A stretch of DNA of 64,000 nt from an uncultured Chloroflexia bacterium (GTDB lineage: Bacteria; Chloroflexota; Anaerolineae; CG2-30-64-16): contig CAVZDU010000001.1 of the NCBI GenBank assembly GCA_963774265.1, positions 672,001 through 736,000 of the forward strand. Direction: 5' to 3'. Every line of letters begins with the position of its first letter. Within the stretch, counting starts at the first letter, position 1. Position numbers and translations under genes: made by a program. Of the stretch, positions 43,448 through 52,559 are shown piece by piece. Below the pieces are notes generated by a model. The model worked only from the letters and a program-made list of their open reading frames with translations. It did no database searches and was not told the origin of the DNA.

Positions 43448-46417
43448 GTGTTTAAGAACCTGGTCAAGAAAGTCTTTGGTGATCCCAACGACAAAGAAGT
43501 TCGGCGCATGAGTCCGGTTGTCGAGCAAATCAACGCACTCGAGCCCGAATTCGAGCGTATGAGTGACGACGAACTGCGCGAGCAGACTGAGATGTTCCGC
43601 GCTACCATCGCGCAACGTGTCGGATCGCTGCCCGAGGAGTTGGCTGTTGCGCGCGAAGCGCTGCTCCAGGAAACCGACGCAAACGACCGCATCCAGAATC
43701 AGATCGAGGTTGACCGGGTACAGAAGGAGTTGCGTCAGGCCGAAGCCGATGCGATGGATGAGATCACCCCGCGCGCGTTCGCCGCGGTGCGGGAGGCGGC
43801 CAAACGCAGTATCGGGCTGCGCCACTACGATGTCCAGATGATCGGCGGGATGGTGCTGCATCAGGGCAAGATCGCCGAAATGAAGACCGGCGAAGGCAAG
43901 ACCCTCGTTGCCACACTGCCGCTGTATCTCAACGCTCTCACCGGTCGCGGTGCGCACCTGGTCACGCCCAACGATTACCTGTCCAAGTATGGCGTGCAGT
44001 GGATGGGCCCGATCTACCACATGCTCGGCGTCAGCGTCGGCGTCATCCAGTCAGCAGCGGCCAATCCCGAGCTCGGCTCGTTCGTCTTCGATCCTGACTT
44101 CCCTGACTGCGGACGACCGCTACCGCAACCTGCGCCCGGTCAGTCGCCGTGAGGCCTATCACGCGGACATCACCTACGGCACGAATAACGAGTTTGGTTT
44201 TGACTATCTGCGCGACAACATGGTCTCGGACCTGGCCGAATGCGTCCAGCGCGACCTGCACTATGCCATTGTCGACGAGGTCGACAACATCCTTATCGAT
44301 GAGGCGCGCACTCCGCTCATTATCTCCGGACAGGCGCAGGAATCGTCCGACCTGTACTCGAAGTTCGCCCAGTTGGTGCGCCGGCTCTCGCCCGAGCGTG
44401 ACTACAAGGTCGATGAGAAGGATCGGCTCGTCACCCTCACCGACGAGGGCATCGCGCGTGTCGAGAACCTGATGGGTCTTTCTGCGGGACAGAGTCTCTA
44501 CGACCCCGAGAACTATGAGATGACTCCCTACCTGGATAATGCACTGCGCGCTAACGTCCTCTATCACCTGGACCGCGATTACATCGTCAAGGATGGTGAG
44601 GTCATCATCGTGGACGAGTTCACCGGTCGCCTGATGTACGGCCGGCGCTTCTCCGAGGGTCTCCACCAGGCCATCGAGGCCAAGGAGGGCGTGCGGGTGC
44701 AGCGCGAATCGCTGACCCTGGCTACCATCACCTTCCAGAACTACTTCCGCATGTATGAGAAGCTCGCCGGCATGACCGGCACCGCGATGACCGAGGCGGA
44801 GGAGTTCGGCAAGATCTACAACCTGGACGTGATTGCGATCCCGACTCAACGAAGCCGTCGTCCGCGAAGACTACTCCGATCAGGTTTACAAGTCGCAGCG
44901 CGCCAAGTTTCGCGCGGTGGTGAATGAAATCGAGCAGCTACATCAGAAGGGCCAGCCCGTACTCGTCGGCACCGTGGCCATCGAGACGTCCGAGATGCTC
45001 TCCGACCTGCTCAAACGCAAGGGTGTGCCGCACAACGTGCTCAACGCAAAGCAGCATGAGCGCGAGGCTGGCATCATCGCACAGGCCGGACGCCCGGGCA
45101 CCGTGACCATCGCCACTAACATGGCCGGCCGTGGCGTCGATATCTTGCTGGGCGGCAACGCGGACGGCATCGCGCGCGAGCGGCTGCGCAAGAATGGCGT
45201 CAACCTTGCCGAGCTTTCCGAGGACGACCCGGTCTGGCTGGAGGCCCTGGCCGAGGGCAAAGCTGAGGTCGAGGTCGACCGGGCGCGCGTCATCGCGGCG
45301 GGCGGCCTTCACGTCTTGGGCACCGAACGCCACGAGGCGCGGCGCATCGATAACCAGCTCCGCGGCCGTTCGGGCCGCCAGGGTGATCCGGGATCCTCGC
45401 GCTTTTTCGTCAGCCTTGATGACGACCTGATGCGCCGGTTTGGTGGTCAGAGTGTCGCGAACATCATGGATCGGTTCGGCCTGGAAGAGGACGTGCCTAT
45501 CGAACATAACATCGTCAGCAAGGCCATCGAGAACGCCCAGGTGCGTGTCGAGGGCTATAACTTCGACATCCGTAAGCACGTGCTTGAATATGATGATGTT
45601 GTTAACAAGCAACGCGAGGTCATCTACAACCAGCGCCGCCAGATCCTGAGTGAGCCGACCATGCGACCCACCATCATGGGCATGATCGAGGACGAGCTGC
45701 GCAAGTTGGTGATGCTAGTCACGTCCGATCAGGAGAATGAGCGGAACCAGCCCTTGGAACGCAGCGAGTGGGACCTGGAGTCTCTCGCCGGTGAGGTGCA
45801 TAAGATTTTGCCCCTTCCGGAGGGCGAAGACCCTGAGGCCTGGCGCAGTTTCACCGCCAATGATTTGGCAGATCATTTGGTTGCCTTGGCTGAAGCAGCC
45901 TACGACGCGCGGCGAACAGTCGATGGGCGAGGCCGACATGCGCCGGCTCGAACGCCTCGTCATGCTGCGACTCGTAGATAACCGCTGGATTCGCCACTTG
46001 ACTGATTTGGATGAATTGCGCGAAGGCATCGGATTGCGCGCGTTCGCCCAACTGGACCCGCTGGTCGCTTACAAACGCGAGGCCAGTGAGATGTATGCGG
46101 ACTTGGTCGCGTCGATTTCGCACGACATCGCCTATACGATCTTCCACATGCAGCTCATGACGAGACCCGTCGCTCCGCCGGTTCGCCAAATTCAAACCAA
46201 CCGTAGCGATGGCGCCGCCCAACCCGTGCGTGCCACCAGCAAACAGCAGCTCGGCCGTAACGACCCGTGCTGGTGCGGCAGCGGCAAGAAGTACAAACAG
46301 TGCCACATGCGCGAAGATATGGGCCGCGCACCGGCGACTGCCGCGACGGGGACGGGGGGCGGCGCCGCGGCGCCTTCCGCCTCCCGTCGGCCGGCAAAAC
46401 CGGGTAAACGCCGCTAG
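43448..46417 (+). CDS. secA: Preprotein translocase ATPase SecA; indels near 44100, 44845 and 45915
   Basis: [71 protein letters not shown]. Confidence 0.96.
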
Positions 46418-46428
46418 CATCAAACCGT

Positions 46429-46469
46429 GTTGTAGAGACGATTGCCGATACGTGCAACGTCTCTACAAC
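46429..46469. repeat. GTAG-type REP-like palindrome
   Basis: GTTGTAGAGACG-17 nt-CGTCTCTACAAC perfect 12-bp arms. Confidence 0.6.
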
Positions 46470-46493
46470 GTCTCTTTGAGATGGGATCGCACA

Positions 46494-47870
46494 ATGCCGC
46501 CAAAGCCACGCGAATGGATCTACCTTCCGCGTCACACCGACCTGACGCGCATCTTCGACGCTGCGTGCAGTATGGACTGCCTTTCCGTGGTCGGCGTGAG
46601 CAACCTCGGCAAGTCGGCCACCCTGCGCGCCCTGTGCGATCCGGCCGTGCAGACTCAGCACCTATCCGTCGATGCGCGCGATTACCTGTTTGTCTACATT
46701 GACTTCAATCAGATGCTAGTCATGAGCGACCAGGCGTTTTATGAGCTGATCCTTCGCGCATCCATCGAAGCCATTCGCAGCCAGAACATTAATGGCGATG
46801 TGCTGCGCAAGGTGGAGGCCGCTTACACCAGCCTGGTTGCGCCGGGGAGCCCGTTCGAGGTCCCTCTGGGGTTCACCCAAGGCATGGCAGCCATCGGCGA
46901 TCAACTCGAGCAGAAGGTCGTTTTTCTCTTTGACGAGGTCGATGGGCCGGTGGCCGGGATCGATGGCCGCGTTTTTCTCAATCTGCGCGGGCTGCGCGAT
47001 CGCCACCGCAATGGTCTGACCTATGTCACCGCAACCAACCGCCGGCTGGATCAAATTCGACGCGACTCGGATGTGTTGGAGTTCGCCGAGATGTTCGAGC
47101 ACAGCACGCTGTATATCTCGATGCTGCAGGAGGCCGAGATTCGCCAGCTCGCCATGCGCTATGCGGAGGAAGAAGGCCTCACTTTCAGTGAGGACGACTT
47201 CGCATATATCCGCCTGTGGAGCGGGGGACATCCAGCCCTGCTCGAAACCACGTGTCGCATCCTTGGCATGCTGACCGGCCGGCCCATGCGCGATTCTGCG
47301 CAGGACTGGATCATCCACCGCCGAGCGACTGAAGTGCTGACTCAGGATCTCAACGTGATCGGCGAGTGCCGCAAGATTTGGAACGATCTGGACGACGTTG
47401 AGCAGGAGGCGCTGTTGGCAGTCTCAGCCGGCAGTGAGAACGCCCTCGCCGGAGGGCTCGATAGCCTGATGGCGAAGCACCTGGTTACGCTCAATGGCGC
47501 AGAGTACAAGATTTTTTCGCGCTGCTTCGGGGAGTTCGTTGGTCGACAGAGTTTCTCGCGGCGGCCCGGCCCCCAGGCGTTTCGTGTCGATCCTGAAAGT
47601 GGCGATGTGTGGGTCAACGGCGAAAAGATCCCAACCCTCACGAACCTGGAGTATCGCCTCTTACTGCTCTTGTACGGCCGCATCGGCAAGATCGTTACCA
47701 AGTACGAGGTGGTGGAGGCGGTCTGGGGCGAGGATTATATCGACGACGTAGACGATGCGCGCATCGAAAAACTCGTCAGCCGTCTGCGTCAGAAGGTCGA
47801 GCCGGATCCTGCCAACCCTAAGCACCTGCAAACCGTGCGTGGACGTGGATACAAGCTCGCAGACAGCTAA
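46494..47870 (+). CDS. STAND-class NTPase fused to C-terminal OmpR/PhoB-type winged-helix DNA-binding domain
   Basis: Walker A GVSNLGKS, Walker B VFLFDE, GxP motif SGGHP; wHTH LTNLEYRLL...VWG...SRLRQKVEPDPANPKHLQTVRGRGY; no receiver domain. Confidence 0.85.
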   Translation: MPPKPREWIYLPRHTDLTRIFDAACSMDCLSVVGVSNLGKSATLRALCDPAVQTQHLSVDARDYLFVYIDFNQMLVMSDQAFYELILRASIEAIRSQNINGDVLRKVEAAYTSLVAPGSPFEVPLGFTQGMAAIGDQLEQKVVFLFDEVDGPVAGIDGRVFLNLRGLRDRHRNGLTYVTATNRRLDQIRRDSDVLEFAEMFEHSTLYISMLQEAEIRQLAMRYAEEEGLTFSEDDFAYIRLWSGGHPALLETTCRILGMLTGRPMRDSAQDWIIHRRATEVLTQDLNVIGECRKIWNDLDDVEQEALLAVSAGSENALAGGLDSLMAKHLVTLNGAEYKIFSRCFGEFVGRQSFSRRPGPQAFRVDPESGDVWVNGEKIPTLTNLEYRLLLLLYGRIGKIVTKYEVVEAVWGEDYIDDVDDARIEKLVSRLRQKVEPDPANPKHLQTVRGRGYKLADS

Positions 47871-47899
47871 TGCGAGGATGATAAAATAACGGCAGGTCC

Positions 47900-47988
47900 T
47901 GCAACCCATCGGTGTTTGTTTACGTGCAGACCTTGTCAGAATCCTGTCCGCCGCGGGTCATGCGAAGCCCGGCTGGTTGAATTATGAT
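47900..47988 (+). promoter_or_regulatory. pspA regulatory region: ECF-like promoter plus three 11-bp-spaced Pho-box-like half sites
   Basis: TGCAAC-17-CGTG (47900-47926); TGTCA/TGTCC/GGTCA at 47934/47945/47956; TATGAT at 47983. Confidence 0.55.
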
Positions 47989-48038
47989 ACTGACAGCAAG
48001 TATCTGAAATCCCATTTCTTGTTCAGGAGGCGTACGCC

Positions 48039-48725
48039 ATGGCAACCCTTCTCGAGAAGGTCCAAACGCTCATCTCGGCCAACCTGCACTACCTGGTCGA
48101 TCAGTCGCTTAAGCAGAACTCGATCGCGGTCATCAATCAATACATCCGCGAGGTAGAGAATAACCTCGATGACCTGTCGGAGGCGACCGCGACCGTCGGG
48201 GGCAATGTAAAGACCATCCGGCGTAAGTACGAGGAGTTTCAGGCCAAGGCCGCGGAACTGGATCGCAACATCGATCTGTTTCTGCGCGAGGGTCGTGATG
48301 ACCTGGCCCGAGCCGCCCAGAGCAAATACAACTCGACTCAGCGTCTGGTGGAAACCTACGCGCAGCAAATGGAACAGATGCAGCGCGAGTATCAGAACCT
48401 GATCGACGCGCGGCTCAAGTTGGAAGCCAAGCTGACCACCATCAAGCAGGAGCGCGAGGAGTTGGAGGCCCTGCTCGAGCTGGCCAAGTCCAAGGAAATC
48501 ACTGCGAAGACCATCAGGTCTCTGGACGATTTGGCCGGCGTGGGCGATGCGGACGTGGCGCGCATTGCCGACTCCATTCGCCAACGTCTGGATCGCGCCT
48601 CTGCAGAGAGCGAGATGCGCGCGGCAAGCCTGGACAAGCAGATGGACGACTTGCTGGATCGCGGCGAGCTCGACAACCAATTGACTGCCCGCAAGGCGCG
48701 GTTGGGGCTGCAGAAGGGCGGCTGA
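48039..48725 (+). CDS. pspA: PspA/IM30 family protein
   Basis: Amphipathic N-terminus MATLLEKVQTLISANL, NQYIREVE, GRDDLAR, long coiled coil, 228 aa. Confidence 0.85.
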   Translation: MATLLEKVQTLISANLHYLVDQSLKQNSIAVINQYIREVENNLDDLSEATATVGGNVKTIRRKYEEFQAKAAELDRNIDLFLREGRDDLARAAQSKYNSTQRLVETYAQQMEQMQREYQNLIDARLKLEAKLTTIKQEREELEALLELAKSKEITAKTIRSLDDLAGVGDADVARIADSIRQRLDRASAESEMRAASLDKQMDDLLDRGELDNQLTARKARLGLQKGG

Positions 48726-48735
48726 TTCGTACCCT

Positions 48736-48768
48736 GGAAGCCAGGTTTCTGTACGGAGACCTGGCTCC
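48736..48768 (+). other. Intergenic hairpin between the two pspA paralogs
   Basis: AGCCAGGTTTCTG-TA-CGGAGACCTGGCT, no U-tract. Confidence 0.5.
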
Positions 48769-48782
48769 CGTAGGAGCATCCT

Positions 48783-49466
48783 ATGGCAACTCTTCTCGAC
48801 AAAATTCAAACCCTGGTCTCTGCTGATATCAACCGGCTGGTTGACCGTGGACTGGGCGCGACCAACCAGGAGGCCATGTACCGGCATCACGTCCGCGAGT
48901 TGCAGACCATGCAGGAGCAGCTGAACAGCCAGATGGTCAGCCTGCGGGCTGAAATCACCCAGATGCACCGCCGGGCGGAAGAACAGCTAGCCGTGGTCGC
49001 GCAGCAAGACGCGGAAGTGGATCGGCTGCTCCAAGAGGGTCTCCAGGAAGATGCGTTGGCCGCGCAGGACAGGCTGAACCAGAATCGCCTGAACGCCGGG
49101 ATGCTGACCGAGCGGGTGGAACGGCTCGAGTCCGAGTATGCCCAGCTGGCTGAAGCTAAGGCCCAACTCGACACTCGTATCGACACCCTGGTGCGCAGCG
49201 AGCCGGAGGTCCGCAGCATGTTGGGCTTGTCCCGTGCCAAACAGCTCACAGCCGCGGCGCGCGAGTCGTTGGACGACCTGGAGGGTGTAGGTGACCCGGA
49301 CGCCGCCCGCGTGGTCGGCGACATCCGCACCCGGCTGGCCGAAGCTGAGGCGCAGCTCCAGGAGTTGGAGCAGCGGGGCCTTGCCCGGGGCGAAACCCCA
49401 GAAGTTCTGAAACGTAAAGAGTTAGAGGCGCAGTTGGAAGCGCGCAAGGCGCGGCTGGGCCTGTAG
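48783..49466 (+). CDS. Divergent second PspA/IM30 paralog
   Basis: Shares MATLL(E/D)K(V/I)QTL(I/V)SA start, SLDDLxGVGDxD and LxARKARLGL end with the upstream PspA. Confidence 0.78.
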   Translation: MATLLDKIQTLVSADINRLVDRGLGATNQEAMYRHHVRELQTMQEQLNSQMVSLRAEITQMHRRAEEQLAVVAQQDAEVDRLLQEGLQEDALAAQDRLNQNRLNAGMLTERVERLESEYAQLAEAKAQLDTRIDTLVRSEPEVRSMLGLSRAKQLTAAARESLDDLEGVGDPDAARVVGDIRTRLAEAEAQLQELEQRGLARGETPEVLKRKELEAQLEARKARLGL

Positions 49467-49483
49467 GCATAGAAGGAGACCCC

Positions 49484-50827
49484 ATGTCCCTGGCACCGAT
49501 CATCGGAGCGCTGGCCGTTGGCCTGATCGCGCTCGTCCTGGCAATTTACTTCTTTGCCGCGCGTAGCGGACAGCGCACGCAGGCCATCTTCTTTCTGATC
49601 GTCGGCCTGGTACTGTTGGTGGTCGGTGGCGCGCTGGGTTGGCAACGATTCAGCGCGACCAACCCGGGCGGTTCTGCACCGCTGGTCGCCACCCCCAAGG
49701 GGCCGATCCAGATCCGCATTCTCACTGCGCTCCCCATCGAACCGTGGGTGCGCGAGGCTGCCAAACAGTTCAACGAGGGCATCTTCACCCAGGACGGTCA
49801 ACCGGTCGAAGTCCAGGTGACGGCCATGGACGGGCTGACCGCGTTGGGCAAGTTCGACCGCGACGACTTTGGGTCGCTCGGCGATCGTACGCGTGATCAG
49901 CTCACCCCCGAAGAACTTACCCGTCTGGAAAGCACCTTCCCGACGGTGTGGATTCCCGACAGCCGCTATCTTGTCGAGCTGGCGAATGCGTCTTACAAGG
50001 AGCGCATCGGCCGCGATGTCTTCCTGACCGACGGCGAGTATCGCGCGCGGCCCATCGCCATCTCCCTGTTTGTATGGGGTATCTACCAAAGCCGCTCTGC
50101 CGTACTGGAGCGAAAGTTCGGCGAGATCACATGGGCAACGATTCATGATGCCGCCATCGCCAAGGGCGGCTGGCCCGAACTGGGTGGTGAAAAGAGTTGG
50201 CAATTCTTCAAGCTTGTTGTGCCCAACCCCCGGCGCAATGTCGGCGGTCTGGCCGCAATGATCGCCGCGGCCGGCGAGTATTACGACCGAACGAACATCT
50301 CGGTCGACGATGTGATGGCTCCCGAATTTCAGAAGTGGCTCGGTGAGTTGATGAGTTCACTGACGGATGTCAGCGGCGCGAGCGCGAACACGGCGGAGGA
50401 CTTCGCCCTGTTTGGCTATTCGGCCGGCGACGGCGGACAACTTCTGGAAAGCGATCTGCTCAATAACATGGAAGGTATACGCACGCGCTGGTCCGACCCG
50501 CTGGTGATCCGTTATCCCAAATACGTCACGTGGTTTGACTTCCCGTATACCGTCTGGGTCGGCCCCGAAACCACGGCGGCCGAGAAGAACGCCGCGCTTC
50601 AATTCCAGCAGTTCCTGCTGACGCCTGACATGCAACGTCTGGCCGTGCAGGCCGGCCTGCGGCCCGTGATCAACGAGGTGAACGTCACCGAGGGTCAAAA
50701 CCTCTTCACGCAGTGGCAGGCGCAGGGCGTCGAGGCGGTTGTGCCGCGCACCACGCGTATGGCCTCGCCTAGCCGCGATGTTTTGCTTGCGCTCCTGCGC
50801 TGGTTTGATCTGAACGTGGGGAAGTAA
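49484..50827 (+). CDS. 2TM-anchored solute-binding-fold protein
   Basis: Two N-terminal TMs; PTVWIPDS, FDFPY, AALQFQQFLL..AGLRP typical of VWA-associated SBP domains. Confidence 0.72.
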   Translation: MSLAPIIGALAVGLIALVLAIYFFAARSGQRTQAIFFLIVGLVLLVVGGALGWQRFSATNPGGSAPLVATPKGPIQIRILTALPIEPWVREAAKQFNEGIFTQDGQPVEVQVTAMDGLTALGKFDRDDFGSLGDRTRDQLTPEELTRLESTFPTVWIPDSRYLVELANASYKERIGRDVFLTDGEYRARPIAISLFVWGIYQSRSAVLERKFGEITWATIHDAAIAKGGWPELGGEKSWQFFKLVVPNPRRNVGGLAAMIAAAGEYYDRTNISVDDVMAPEFQKWLGELMSSLTDVSGASANTAEDFALFGYSAGDGGQLLESDLLNNMEGIRTRWSDPLVIRYPKYVTWFDFPYTVWVGPETTAAEKNAALQFQQFLLTPDMQRLAVQAGLRPVINEVNVTEGQNLFTQWQAQGVEAVVPRTTRMASPSRDVLLALLRWFDLNVGK

Positions 50828-50828
50828 C

Positions 50829-52559
50829 ATGAAGAAGACGCGGAACGATCAGCGTACCGTTGTCATCGCCCTCGTCGCGGCCTTGGCGGTCTTTCTCCTC
50901 CTATGTGTGGTGCTGGCGCTGATCTTCATCCCCGCTCGCCGGACGACAACTGTGGAGCCGGGTGTTGCGACGCAGTCCGACCCGCGCTCGGCCACCCTGG
51001 TCATTGCCCATTCGCCGGAGAAAGCTACGCTCGTTCAGTCCCTGGTGGAGCGCTTCAACCGAGAGAAGCAGCGCACAGCCGACGGGCAAACCATGCGCAT
51101 CGAGCTGCTGGAGTTGACATCCGAGGAGATGGTTAACCAGGCGCTGGCCGGCCTGAACACCTACCAGGCCATCACACCGGATTCTTCCTTGTGGCTCGAT
51201 CAGCTCAATAGGCGGTGGGCGCAAAGCCAATCCGACCAGTCGGAGCCGGGCGCAATCACATCCAGCCTGACCGGCGAGCCGGTGCGTTACGCCATCAGCC
51301 CGATCGTCATTGCAGCCTGGGAGGATCTCGCCCGATCGCTGGGTTGGCCTGACCAGCCGGTGAGTTGGAGCACTTTGCAGAGCCGTGCGCAGGGGGACGC
51401 CAACTTCCGCTGGAGCCACCCGAGCACCGCGTACGCCAGCGGCCTGCTAGCTACACTGGCCGAGTTTTACGCGGGTGCTGGCGTCCAGCGTGGGCTTACT
51501 GCCGAAATGGCTCAGGACCCGAAGACGGTCGAGTATGTCTCAGCGATTGAGAAATCGGTGAAATACTACGGCGAAGCCGAGCTGGCCGTCATCCAGCGCG
51601 TGGCGCAAGATCGCACCGCCCTTGACGCGTTTGTGGTCTCGGAACAACTTGTCATCGCCTTCAATACCGGCAAGTTCGGAAATGCTTCGCCGTCAAACAA
51701 ACTCGTCGCCCTCTATCCCGCGGAAGGCTCCTTCTGGGCTGACCATCCGCTGGCATTGCTTGAGACGCCCGCATTGACCGACAACCAGCGGCGCACCTTC
51801 CAGGCGTTTCGCGAATTCCTGGGCGGGGCCGAAACGCAAAAATCCATCATGGAAGCAGGTTATCGGCCAACGGATCTGAGCCTGTCGCTCACCGGCGAGG
51901 GCTCTCCCTTCTCCGCGACAAACGGCGTCGATCCTAAACAGCCGCAGACCACGCTCCAACTGCCCACGGCCGACGTTGTGCAGGTGGTCCAGAACGTGTG
52001 GGCTTTGACGAAGCGAAAGACGAACGTGTTTTTAGTTGTTGACACGTCCGGTTCCATGCAGGGCGACAAGCTGCGCAGCGCTAAAGCCGCACTCCGCACC
52101 TTCCTTGCGCAAATCCCGAGCGACCAGGAAAAGGTGGGACTTGTTGAATTCAATACGGCTGTGGCGAACATCATCGAATTGGACATGCTGGCCAATAACC
52201 GGGCAGTTTTGAACAGTGCCGTGGATGGGTTGACCGCAAACGGCAATACGGCTCTCCTCGACGGAGTGCGCGTGGCGTATGCACGCCTCCAACAGAATGC
52301 GGAACCCGAGCGCATCAACGCGATCGTGGCGATGACTGACGGTCGCGAGAATGCATCGATGGTCAGCCTGCGCCAACTCGTCGGCGAAATTCAAGCGAAC
52401 AACCCCAACTTGCCTGTCGTCATCTTCTGCATCGCATATGGCAGTGACGCCGACTATGCCGTACTCCAGGCTATTGCAGACGCAAGCAGCGGTCAGGTGC
52501 GCGAAGGCAACGAGGAGACGATTCGTGACTTGTACAAGATCCTGTCGAGCTATTTCTGA
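50829..52559 (+). CDS. Membrane-anchored solute-binding-fold + von Willebrand A (MIDAS) protein
   Basis: Single TM; TPDSSLW, SPIVIA, ADHPL, GYRP; VWA VVDTSGSM, GNTALLD, MTDGRE. Confidence 0.85.
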   Translation: MKKTRNDQRTVVIALVAALAVFLLLCVVLALIFIPARRTTTVEPGVATQSDPRSATLVIAHSPEKATLVQSLVERFNREKQRTADGQTMRIELLELTSEEMVNQALAGLNTYQAITPDSSLWLDQLNRRWAQSQSDQSEPGAITSSLTGEPVRYAISPIVIAAWEDLARSLGWPDQPVSWSTLQSRAQGDANFRWSHPSTAYASGLLATLAEFYAGAGVQRGLTAEMAQDPKTVEYVSAIEKSVKYYGEAELAVIQRVAQDRTALDAFVVSEQLVIAFNTGKFGNASPSNKLVALYPAEGSFWADHPLALLETPALTDNQRRTFQAFREFLGGAETQKSIMEAGYRPTDLSLSLTGEGSPFSATNGVDPKQPQTTLQLPTADVVQVVQNVWALTKRKTNVFLVVDTSGSMQGDKLRSAKAALRTFLAQIPSDQEKVGLVEFNTAVANIIELDMLANNRAVLNSAVDGLTANGNTALLDGVRVAYARLQQNAEPERINAIVAMTDGRENASMVSLRQLVGEIQANNPNLPVVIFCIAYGSDADYAVLQAIADASSGQVREGNEETIRDLYKILSSYF

